A stretch of 64,000 nucleotides of DNA from Candidatus Woesebacteria bacterium RIFCSPLOWO2_01_FULL_39_23 (GTDB lineage Bacteria > Patescibacteriota > Microgenomatia > UBA8517), in assembly GCA_001793095.1 (NCBI GenBank), contig MGHG01000008.1:269-64268 (forward strand). The letters run 5' to 3'. The translations under genes and the position numbers were made by a program. The notes beneath the pieces were generated by a model. That model ran no database searches and was not told where the DNA came from. It worked only from the letters and a program-made list of their open reading frames with translations. Shown in pieces: positions 48,163-56,827 of this stretch. Within the stretch, counting starts at the first letter, position 1. The number at the start of each line of letters is the position of its first letter.

Positions 48163-48585
48163 CTAAACCTTACGAAATGGATTAATAATTTTAATCTCTT
48201 CAAAAACGGAAAAATATTTTTCGTTGTCAGTTGCAATTATCGAAACGTCATTGGTAAGCATTGTTGAAGCCAAATAAGTATCAAAAATATTATCTGAGAT
48301 AATTTCGTATTTTTTTAATAGCTCAAGCGCTACAAATTTAGTTTCAAAAGTTGGAGTAATGTTTACTAAGTGATCTGTTATAGCACTGATGGCTTCGATT
48401 GCGCTTTTTGACGTCATTGGATTGGGGAATTTAGGATGAGTCAATACTCTAAGAGTTTCAAAAATATTTTGATGTGCTACACATAAATTTTCTTTGTTTT
48501 CATTTATAAACTTTTGTGCTTCTTGGATTTTGGGAGAGTCAGCGTTAATCGCGTAGATTAGGACGTTAGAATCAAGGAGAATCAT
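48163..48585 (-). CDS. vapC: PIN-domain toxin (VapC-like)
   Basis: MILLDSNVLIYA.. N-terminal PIN signature; acidic residues spaced as in VapC; 4-nt overlap with the upstream small gene. Confidence 0.7.
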   Translation of the reverse strand: MILLDSNVLIYAINADSPKIQEAQKFINENKENLCVAHQNIFETLRVLTHPKFPNPMTSKSAIEAISAITDHLVNITPTFETKFVALELLKKYEIISDNIFDTYLASTMLTNDVSIIATDNEKYFSVFEEIKIINPFRKV

Positions 48586-48818
48586 TTTATATTAGGTTCA
48601 GAGTAATAGTCACTTCTTGTCAGATTATCCAGAGGTCGTCCCAAACTATGAACTTTAAAGATAATTTCCTTAGCTTTTTTTCTCGCGACTTCTTGCAAAT
48701 AGGCATCAAGTGCTTCATTGAATATGGCCTGCAAAGTAGTATTATTCTCAACTGCACTCTGTTCGGCCTTTTTCTTTAAAATCTTTCTTAAACGAATAGT
48801 TGTTCTAACTAAGTCCAT
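48582..48818 (-). CDS. vapB: Antitoxin (VapB-like, RHH/AbrB-type)
   Basis: 78-aa ORF overlapping the PIN gene by 4 nt; TIRLRKILKKKAEQ is typical of DNA-binding antitoxins. Confidence 0.55.
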   Translation of the reverse strand: MDLVRTTIRLRKILKKKAEQSAVENNTTLQAIFNEALDAYLQEVARKKAKEIIFKVHSLGRPLDNLTRSDYYSEPNIK

Positions 48819-49143
48819 TTGGAATTACTTTAGCATCAATATGACAATATGTCAAGGAATGAGGAGCAACTTTATAACATTTTACAGGCTCGAGTATGTG
48901 CCTACTCATCCCCACTGAGCGGGGTTTTCTTGAATACTTTATAATATATAATACAAACAGATCGTTATATGCCACTTCCCGAAACCAAACGATTCCATAA
49001 CGGAGATCAGGTATTGGGGAAATATATACTCGGTTATAAGCCTCGTACAAGCATCGTTAACAAAGAGTACTCCAGTGAGCCCGATCCCCATCCAATTCTT
49101 CTTTATAATATTTGGCGTATTACTGAAAATTTATTAACTCTCG

Positions 49144-49214
49144 TGGACTCACCGAGAATCGAACTCGGATCTTACCCATGCGAAGGGTATGTTCTACCGT
49201 TTAACTATGAGCCC
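49144..49214 (-). tRNA. tRNA-Ala (anticodon CGC), no encoded CCA, short non-canonical D-arm
   Basis: Hand-folded: acceptor GGGCUCA/UGAGUCC with G3:U70; anticodon stem UACCC/GGGUA with loop UUCGCAU; T-arm CCGAG-UUCGAUU-CUCGG; discriminator A73. Confidence 0.6.
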
Positions 49215-49354
49215 GCGAATGGTAATGCTTATTATACTTCAATCATCTATTTCTTTGTAATATATCGTTCTGCGTTTTTCTATAGTACGTTAATTCGTAT
49301 CGCATTCCCCATAATTCATGATTCGTGCTTCGTTAGTTTGTTATGAGTTATGTG

Positions 49355-50518
49355 TTATTTCAACACTGTTAGCGGGTTGATGTGAACTCCCGAGCGGATG
49401 ACTTCAAAGTGCAAATGAGGCCCGGTTGACCTACCGGTACTTCCCATTTTAGCTATAGCATTTCCCCTTGCAACTGTCTGTCCCGGTACAACATAAAACT
49501 TTGATAAATGGCCATATAACGTCTTATAGCCATTACCATGATCGATAATTATTCTGTTACCATATCCATAATTATCCGGCCAGCCGGCAACAATTACAGT
49601 TCCTGAATCAGCGGCCAAGACATCAGGCATGCCTCTGTTTGCAATATCAAGTCCCGGGTGGTACCAAACAAAGCGTTGAGTAATTGTTCCGCTTGCCGGC
49701 CAGACGAATATGCCTGAAGCAACAACCGTTCCGGCATCGGGAGTTGTTTGTTTTATTCTCGCGACAGGAGGCCCGTAAACCTCCTCTGTCTTTACACCCT
49801 CAGGAACGATAACTGTTTGGCCAATTGCCAATTCAAACTTCTCATCATTTGAATAAGTATTAAAAGGATAGTTAACTATTACCTGCGGATCTATATCATA
49901 CTGTTTCGCAATAGAATAAACGGTATCACCTTTCTTCACCTTATGCGACACACCTGTAACCGGTAATATTTCTAAGCTTTGGCCTTCTTTAATCGCATCT
50001 TTACTCTTCAGATTATTCTGCCAACGAATAGTATCAGAGGATATCCCGTATTTATCAGCAATCGAGCTGACTGCATCCCCTTTTTGAACTGTGTATTCGA
50101 TTATTTCTCCCCTTACCTTGTCCGAAAAGTTTGTCGATATCTCTGTGCTTTGCGTAGCACTGGATAAGACAACAGAAGATGACGGGATACTCCAGGGATC
50201 AACATTTCTTCCCGGAAACTCCTGTGCAACAACGGGGGCGAGAACTACTGCCAATCCGGCTAATCCGGCCATTCCCGAATGGATGAGCCTCTTTGCGTAT
50301 TTCCCCCTTTGCCTGTAAAGCGATGTTACCAATACACCCTTACCTATCTCGAAATGGGAATATGATATATGCAACCTTTTCAAAACGAATCTGCCGAGTT
50401 CACTTGCAAATTGAATCAGGTCTTTTAAAATAAATGCTAAATCCTGCCTCAATTTTTTCGTAAAGTAGAAGTTAATCTTGAAAAGTATTTTTTCCGGTCT
50501 CTGAGGAATAACTCTCAT
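49355..50518 (-). CDS. M23-family metallopeptidase with two LysM domains
   Basis: LysM: YTVQKGDAVSSIADKYGIS and HKVKKGDTVYSIAKQYDI. M23: HPGLDIA ... GSTGRSTGPHLHFEV. Confidence 0.75.
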   Translation of the reverse strand: MRVIPQRPEKILFKINFYFTKKLRQDLAFILKDLIQFASELGRFVLKRLHISYSHFEIGKGVLVTSLYRQRGKYAKRLIHSGMAGLAGLAVVLAPVVAQEFPGRNVDPWSIPSSSVVLSSATQSTEISTNFSDKVRGEIIEYTVQKGDAVSSIADKYGISSDTIRWQNNLKSKDAIKEGQSLEILPVTGVSHKVKKGDTVYSIAKQYDIDPQVIVNYPFNTYSNDEKFELAIGQTVIVPEGVKTEEVYGPPVARIKQTTPDAGTVVASGIFVWPASGTITQRFVWYHPGLDIANRGMPDVLAADSGTVIVAGWPDNYGYGNRIIIDHGNGYKTLYGHLSKFYVVPGQTVARGNAIAKMGSTGRSTGPHLHFEVIRSGVHINPLTVLK

Positions 50519-50576
50519 AGATTACGCTGACAAGGAAAAAGATAGCACGAAGAAGCAACAATTACAAGCTTTCTCA

Positions 50577-51905
50577 TTAACCTACTTTTAAACTCTCGAG
50601 AAAGTCCTTGTTGGTTTTGGTTTTTTTGAGTCTCTCGAGAAGTGTTTCAGTTCGTTCATCATCGGAGACCATGTCAAGCATGCGCCTAAGAGTTACAACC
50701 TGCGGTATTACGTCTTTGCCGTACAAAAGCTCTTCCTGCCGTGTACCGGAACGGGTTACGTTAATAGCCGGAAAAATTCTCCTGTCAGCTAATTTTCTGT
50801 CAAGATGCAGCTCCATATTACCGGTACCCTTAAATTCTTCATAAATCAGGTCGTCCATCCTCGATCCTGTATCAACAAGACATGTACCGATAATTGTCAA
50901 TGATCCACCATTCTCAATTTTTCGAGCTGCTCCAAAGAATTTTTTAGCAGGATAGAGGGCTACGGGATCGAATCCGCCGGTCAAGGTACGTCCCGATGTC
51001 GGAAGTGCTAAATTATATGCGCGTGCCATACGGGTTATCGAATCCAGGAGTATTACAACATCGGCTCCCTTTTCTACCATTCTTCTTGCTCTATCGAGAG
51101 CTAACTCACCTACTCTTGTCTGAGCATCAGGAGCCTCGTCAAAATTAGACGAAGCTACCTCGCCCATGCCATCGGTTATATCTGTCATATGTCTTTTAAT
51201 ATCAGTTACCTCCTCCGGCCTTTCGCCGATTAGTACCGCCATAAGATGAACGCGTTTTGAGTTTTGTCGCTGACCCGACCCGGTGGGAGTTTTGAGTTTT
51301 GAGTTTTTTTCTGGGTAGTTCTTGGCAATGCCCGAAATGATGTCTTTCAAAAGCCAAGTTTTACCCGCTTTGGGCGGTGAGACCACCAAACCTCTTTGGC
51401 CAAAACCGATTGGCGCAATCAAATCAATTACACGCGTTGTCAGAGGCCCATCTTCTATCGAAAGCATTATTTGTGTATCGGGATATAGCGCAGTTAAATC
51501 ATCAAAATGTACACGAGTTCCTATAGTCTCAATATCTTCACCATTGACCTTTTCTACCTTCAAAAGTCCCCAATATCGTTCATTTTCCTTAGGACTTCTG
51601 GCTTGCCCACCGACCAAGTCCCCCACCCGTAAATTAAATCGCCTTATTTGGGAAGCAGAAATATAAACGTCTCTGTCACTCGGAGCAAAATTAGGCCTAA
51701 GTAGCCCCGAACCCTCATTGGCAATATCCAGAATACCCTCGACGTACTGGGTTGGTAAATTTGAATCAGGAATAATTCTCTGATCAATTACCAAGCCCGC
51801 CATTGAACTATCTGACCCATTCATTTCAGGCTGCATATCCATCGAGCTTTCTTGAACATCTCGCGGTTCAGGAGAAGTTTCTGTAATTTTACTTTTGTAA
51901 ACCAT
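50577..51905 (-). CDS. rho: Transcription termination factor Rho, with a 19-aa insertion after the P-loop region
   Basis: RNA-binding and ATPase motifs: GQRGLVVSPPKAGKTWLL, LIGERPEEVTD, DSITRMARAYN. Confidence 0.85.
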   Translation of the reverse strand: MVYKSKITETSPEPRDVQESSMDMQPEMNGSDSSMAGLVIDQRIIPDSNLPTQYVEGILDIANEGSGLLRPNFAPSDRDVYISASQIRRFNLRVGDLVGGQARSPKENERYWGLLKVEKVNGEDIETIGTRVHFDDLTALYPDTQIMLSIEDGPLTTRVIDLIAPIGFGQRGLVVSPPKAGKTWLLKDIISGIAKNYPEKNSKLKTPTGSGQRQNSKRVHLMAVLIGERPEEVTDIKRHMTDITDGMGEVASSNFDEAPDAQTRVGELALDRARRMVEKGADVVILLDSITRMARAYNLALPTSGRTLTGGFDPVALYPAKKFFGAARKIENGGSLTIIGTCLVDTGSRMDDLIYEEFKGTGNMELHLDRKLADRRIFPAINVTRSGTRQEELLYGKDVIPQVVTLRRMLDMVSDDERTETLLERLKKTKTNKDFLESLKVG

Positions 51906-52004
51906 ACAGGTCAGACAAATAACATACTTGTCAAAAAACGGAAGGTAGATTCATCTTAAAGAGGCAAACAAATCTCAACCACCCATATTCTATTTTAGAT
52001 TAAG

Positions 52005-52886
52005 TCACTTGTCAACAGGCTTCGCAATAATAATCAAGCGTTTCCAGGTTGTTCCCGGCGGATTGCAGGTTTGTAGTATCAGAGTTTCTTTATTATAATT
52101 ATTAGTCAAATAAGACGTGTCTGAAGCGGGGGTGATATACCTTTCTGTGACTTCATAGATATATTTATTATCAGAAAAATACAGAATGATCCGATCATTC
52201 GCTTCAAGCTTATCCAAGAGATAAAAAACAGCATTATACCTCGCCACACTCAAAGGAGAATTAGTAGAATGCGAAAACAAGTAAATCCCCTTTCCCTGAC
52301 CCGGAAAGTATGTTCCTCTTGCGTGCGCGACCCCTTTGGATAAGGCACTTATATACTCGTCAGAATTTGCCGGATCGATGTTGGGAAGAATATTAGAATA
52401 AGCCTGAATCTTTGGGATACCAATCGAAAAGCTTGAGGAAATACCATAGCTTTCCGCTTCTTCTTTTATCTTTTCACGCTCTTGGGCATATATCGGATCG
52501 GGAACAACGCTTTGGGTTTCAATATTATTCCCGCTTTTAGCATAATAATTAATCTCGTCAGTTAAAACCGGCTGATAAATGAAAAACATATATAAGAACA
52601 CGAATCCTAAAAGTGAAGCTCCCAAATATCTTAAAAAGCCATACGCAAATCTCTCTATAGGAGATAAATCTCCCTCGAGCTTACGCTCGGGGTATCTTCT
52701 CCCCTCGCTTTGTCGGGAATGAAATCCCTCCGAAGCGAAATGCTCTTCGCTTCCACCCTCAATCTCACGATTGTGGTTTTTCGCGAAGGGGGATAAGATT
52801 ACTACTTTGTGCTCCCCTCGCATTTTTGATAACCGGGAATTGTATATTTCTATCTCAAGCGTCATATAAATATGTGAATTCACCAC
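52005..52886 (-). CDS. Sortase-family transpeptidase
   Basis: Catalytic His in GIYLFSHST, TLxTC motif (TLILQTC), downstream Arg; N-terminal TM. True start may be internal. Confidence 0.65.
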   Translation of the reverse strand: MVNSHIYMTLEIEIYNSRLSKMRGEHKVVILSPFAKNHNREIEGGSEEHFASEGFHSRQSEGRRYPERKLEGDLSPIERFAYGFLRYLGASLLGFVFLYMFFIYQPVLTDEINYYAKSGNNIETQSVVPDPIYAQEREKIKEEAESYGISSSFSIGIPKIQAYSNILPNIDPANSDEYISALSKGVAHARGTYFPGQGKGIYLFSHSTNSPLSVARYNAVFYLLDKLEANDRIILYFSDNKYIYEVTERYITPASDTSYLTNNYNKETLILQTCNPPGTTWKRLIIIAKPVDK

Positions 52887-52988
52887 AGGCTAAAGCCCGT
52901 GGCATCTTCATGCTCTGCGATTTATTTCATAAATCGCAAAATTTCACTACATCCCCGCATAAACGCCGGGGATTTAAGTGATATCGCA

Positions 52989-53978
52989 TTAAACAGTTCT
53001 AAAACGCCTCATTAGGTATATTCCCAATAAACCCGTTCCAAGAAGCGAAACAAAGGCTAAAAGCGGATTATCATACAGGCCTGTTTCCGGCAGTGAACTA
53101 ACTGTAGCCATCGGAGCGGGATCCAAATCGCCCCCTCCACCAATTCCGGTATTTCCTTTAACGGCAAGCGTAATTTTACAATCATCCGATGTCTTCCAAA
53201 CGCCTTTGCTGTCTTGCACTTGAAGAGTGGGATTAAAACCTCCGCCCTTATTATAGACATAGGTAGCAAAATAATCTTCGGTTTCCTTGATACTGTCCTC
53301 CCCACCGTCACCGAAATTAAATCTGTATTTAGCAATAAGTCCATAAGGATCATATCCCGCGCCTGTAAATTCGACTGTTAAAGGAGTCGAACCCTCTATT
53401 GGAGTAGCGATAAGTTCAACACAACTGCTGTCGTATAGCCCTGCCAAATTAGAAGGAACACCCGTCGGATAATTTGTTCCCGGTTGAGGTGTAACCGCTG
53501 TTACACTGGGGGTAACTTTTTCCCAAAATGCTCTTACTGCCGCGTACATGCCACTCTCAAAATACTCAACAACAATTGTGTGAGTCCCGGCAGAGACCTC
53601 TTTTCTAACTTTATAAGATCGATACTGCTGTACTGTCCAAGCATCGATAATCTTTTCACCATCAAGATACATACGAGCTCCATCATCTGAGACGACCGTA
53701 AATTCATATAAAGAATTGTCGAAGTTAAATTTACCCTGCCAGCGGATTGAAAAATTATCTCTACCTATTTTGGAATCAGGAGAACGGATAAACCAGTTAA
53801 ACTCTATCTTGTCATCATAGCGGGACATAACGAGCGTATCAAAATTCTTGCCATTGTAATAATCCCCTAAATATTTACCCGTTGGTATCTCCTGTGCAGC
53901 CACAGAAGATACGCCATTAAAGGCAGTTGCAATAATAAATACTAAACTAACTATTAATGATTTTATTCTCATATACAC
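52989..53978 (-). CDS. Secreted PA14-domain protein with C-terminal LPETG cell-wall sorting signal
   Basis: Signal peptide; PA14-like GDYYNGKNF...RWQGKFNF; LPETG + hydrophobic segment + RRFRTV. Confidence 0.7.
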   Translation of the reverse strand: MYMRIKSLIVSLVFIIATAFNGVSSVAAQEIPTGKYLGDYYNGKNFDTLVMSRYDDKIEFNWFIRSPDSKIGRDNFSIRWQGKFNFDNSLYEFTVVSDDGARMYLDGEKIIDAWTVQQYRSYKVRKEVSAGTHTIVVEYFESGMYAAVRAFWEKVTPSVTAVTPQPGTNYPTGVPSNLAGLYDSSCVELIATPIEGSTPLTVEFTGAGYDPYGLIAKYRFNFGDGGEDSIKETEDYFATYVYNKGGGFNPTLQVQDSKGVWKTSDDCKITLAVKGNTGIGGGGDLDPAPMATVSSLPETGLYDNPLLAFVSLLGTGLLGIYLMRRFRTV

Positions 53979-54061
53979 ATTAATATCAATATTATAGGAC
54001 TATTTGTGCTAATTTTCAAGCTTAATGGGGTCTTTTAACAAAAAAACCGCACCATTCTAGT

Positions 54062-54420
54062 CTCAAGGAACGGGGTAAGTCAGACTTACCAAGTAGAGCG
54101 GCACACGTCAATAAATCGCAGCCGTGATACCCTGAAGGAACGGGGGACGTCAGACGTCCCGGGTAGAGCGACCCGTAAGAAACTTTTCCACCCTCGAGGA
54201 ACGGGTAGAGCGCCTGCCCAACACTCCACCCGCCCCGCGAAGGAAGAAATCAACAAAGTTCTTACGGGTCAAGCCTGCTTGGGACGTTAATTGCCGAAGG
54301 CTAATTAACCGTCCCCCAACACTCCACCCGCCCCCTCAAGATATCAATCGTCTTCCGCTGCAATTTAAACGTACCTGGCACGTTCGACGTGCCGCCTGAC
54401 CAATTTATCCCGTTTAAGCA
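54062..54420. repeat. GC-rich structured non-coding region with imperfect tandem repeats and nested hairpins
   Basis: GAAGGAACGGGG-[palindrome]-GGTAGAGCG x3; CCAACACTCCACCCGCCCC x2; hairpins GGGACGTTAATTGCCGAAGGCTAATTAACCGTCCC and GGCACGTTCGACGTGCC. Confidence 0.4.
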
Positions 54421-55138
54421 CCCCCTCAAACTAGAACCCAATGTGCGGCTCTTTATTCTCCAAGTTACTCTATAGAGAAACGAAAAGCTGTTAACTTTTC
54501 TACTAAGTCTTCGCAAGACTGAGTAAACTCGGTCTTGACAAATTATTAAAAAAATCTATTACTTATTATTAGCTTATCTTGCTTTGCCTGTCCGCGAGAT
54601 AACCAGATTTGTCCCGATCAAATCGGGATAAATGCTAATTAAAAGAGCATTTCTATTCGTGTCCTCTTTATTTAAGGTTAGGACCATCGATAGTGATGCT
54701 CTTTTTTGTTTGAATTCTTTGCAATTCTCTCTTCAAAGGAATTCAAACAACCCGCAAGTGATCGCTCCTTGAGCCGTAGTAGAAATTTACTAAGGCGAAA
54801 GGTAAGACACGGCGAGTAGTTATTCCCTTTGTAAAGAGCTGGTTAACTGTCCATATTTTACATCTTCCTTTATTATTGTCAAATCCCATAGTTACGTTTA
54901 TTCCTAATTCCTCTTTCCCTATAATACGGGTGTGTGTTAAATTAGCTACAGATCTACGGCAAATTTACGGTCGTTAAAATAATTGTGGATAAGTTGTGCA
55001 AATCGTTAGTTCGTTAATTGCTATTTGGTTACTTCGCAAACCAACTAATAAATTCTTACTGTTTTTTTCTAAGTAACGAAGTTACTAAATAACAAAATAA
55101 TGAAGTTCTGCCAAAGGCGGATCAGCCGATGGCTGAAA

Positions 55139-56485
55139 CTATTTAATGTACTTCTTAATCGCTTCCTGAAGATAGTTTACTTCTCTATTTGAAATTACTT
55201 TTGTATAACCCAATCTTCTTGCTTCTTTAATTCTTCGCTCTTCGGCGACAACACCACGAACATCTCCCAAAAGTCCTATCTCACCAGTTGCAACAACATT
55301 TCTAGGAAGTGGTTTATCAAAAAAACTAGAGGCTAGTGATAAACATACTGCCAAATCGGCCGAAGGGTCATTTTTTATCGTAATCCCACCGGCAATATTA
55401 ACAAAAACGTCAAATTCATACAGTGGGAGGCCGCAACGCCTGGTTAATACAGCTAATAAAAGCTCAAGTCGTTTCGCATCCATGCCCTGCGCAACCCTTC
55501 GCGGAATCGGTAATTTTGTACTAACAACTAATGACTGTATTTCGATAAGAAGAGGTCTGGTTCCCTGGAGTACCGAGGTGATTACATTTCCGGATGAGTT
55601 TTTATTACCAGCAGATAAAAATAATTTTTCAGGGTTATCAACGGGTTCAAGGCCCCTATCTTGCATTTCAAATACCCCTACCTCATCAGTCGGACCGAAA
55701 CGGTTTTTGACTGCCCGGAGTATTCTTGTCGCAGTCGTTCTATCTCCTTCAAACCACAATACCGTATCGACAATGTGCATTAGGACCGATGGACCGGCAA
55801 CTGTTCCCTCTTTTGTAACGTGACCTACGATAAATATCGGTATATTTCGAGATTTAGCAAGTTTTACAAGTCTGTATGCAGATTCTCTAACTTGTCCCAC
55901 AGAACCGGCCATACCTGATAGATCGGATGTCTGCATTGTCTGTATTGAGTCAACAATGAGAAAAGTACCATTTGAGTTGGCTTTTGATACGTTTGATACC
56001 TTTCCTGCACTTGATACTTCTTGAATAACAGTATCAATATCCGTCTCTTCTAATATTTGGATCTTCTTATTTTTTATACCCAGTCTATCAGCTCTGACTT
56101 TTATCTGGCTGACCGACTCTTCTCCCGAAACATATAAAGCATTCCCTAATTTATCGGCAAGCTGTAAAAGGATTGTTGATTTACCGATACCGGGTTCACC
56201 CGCAATCAAAATCACCTGTCCTTTTACCAGTCCTCCGCCCAATACCCTGTCTAACTCGGTAATCTTGGTTGACATCCTCGCAGTTGCACTGATTGAAACT
56301 GAAGCCAAGGAAACTAGTTTTGCTTCACTTTTCTTATACTCTCCTGCTCTTCTACTCTCACGCCCTGTCGCAACAGCCGTTTCGACAGCACTGTTCCAAG
56401 CTCCGCACTCAGGACACTTCCCAAACCATCCCACTTGGGAAAATCCACACTGCTGACAGACATATTGTGATCTGTTTTTTACCAT
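55139..56485 (-). CDS. radA: DNA repair protein RadA/Sms
   Basis: N-terminal C4 zinc finger CQQCG...CPECG; RecA-like Walker A GEPGIGKST; KNRFG motif; Lon-protease-like C-terminal domain. Confidence 0.85.
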   Translation of the reverse strand: MVKNRSQYVCQQCGFSQVGWFGKCPECGAWNSAVETAVATGRESRRAGEYKKSEAKLVSLASVSISATARMSTKITELDRVLGGGLVKGQVILIAGEPGIGKSTILLQLADKLGNALYVSGEESVSQIKVRADRLGIKNKKIQILEETDIDTVIQEVSSAGKVSNVSKANSNGTFLIVDSIQTMQTSDLSGMAGSVGQVRESAYRLVKLAKSRNIPIFIVGHVTKEGTVAGPSVLMHIVDTVLWFEGDRTTATRILRAVKNRFGPTDEVGVFEMQDRGLEPVDNPEKLFLSAGNKNSSGNVITSVLQGTRPLLIEIQSLVVSTKLPIPRRVAQGMDAKRLELLLAVLTRRCGLPLYEFDVFVNIAGGITIKNDPSADLAVCLSLASSFFDKPLPRNVVATGEIGLLGDVRGVVAEERRIKEARRLGYTKVISNREVNYLQEAIKKYIK

Positions 56486-56646
56486 AGGTAATTATTATAT
56501 ACAGGATGGTGCAGTCCCACATAAACGCTCTTGCGACGCGAGGCTGTAAACCTCGGGAGCAAGTAAGTTCTGTGCGGGACAAACCAGCGGGGAGATTCAT
56601 ACCCACACTGTTGACACACGAAAGAAGTACTAGATTTTGACATTTT
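56479..56646 (-). pseudogene. Diverged duplicate of the radA 5' end (zinc-finger region), probable gene remnant
   Basis: MSKSSTSFVCQQCGYESPRWF aligns to RadA MVKNRSQYVCQQCGFSQVGWF, then diverges; immediately upstream of radA. Confidence 0.35.
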
Positions 56647-56827
56647 TTCTCCTTTCGTGTGGAAATCCTTCTGAAGTGCAGCATGAGCCGTAAACTGCGT
56701 TTGGATGTCGCGGGTGGGATACTTCCAAAAAGGCAAATGCTAAGCTTGCGTAGGATTGACACACGTATTTAGAGGAAAACTTAGCCATTAAGTGGATTAT
56801 ATCAGATGTCAAAATATCCCCCAGTTA

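Noticed and set aside
54062-54420. Possible CRISPR array, RNase P RNA, tmRNA or SRP RNA in the GC-rich repeat block
   Set aside because: The repeats are imperfect and unevenly spaced, and the spacer sizes do not fit a CRISPR array. Searches for RNase P CR-I/CR-II, the tmRNA 3' end and the SRP domain-IV motif found nothing.
54301-54516. 71-aa minus-strand ORF in the GC-rich repeat block
   Set aside because: Low-complexity Arg/Gly/Ser translation of a repeat region, with no SD or start context. The region is better explained as structured non-coding DNA.
56409-56812. Overlapping minus-strand ORFs 56409-56762 and 56630-56812
   Set aside because: These are alternative frames over the radA-remnant region with no motif support. 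Only the frame matching the RadA N-terminus was kept, as a pseudogene.
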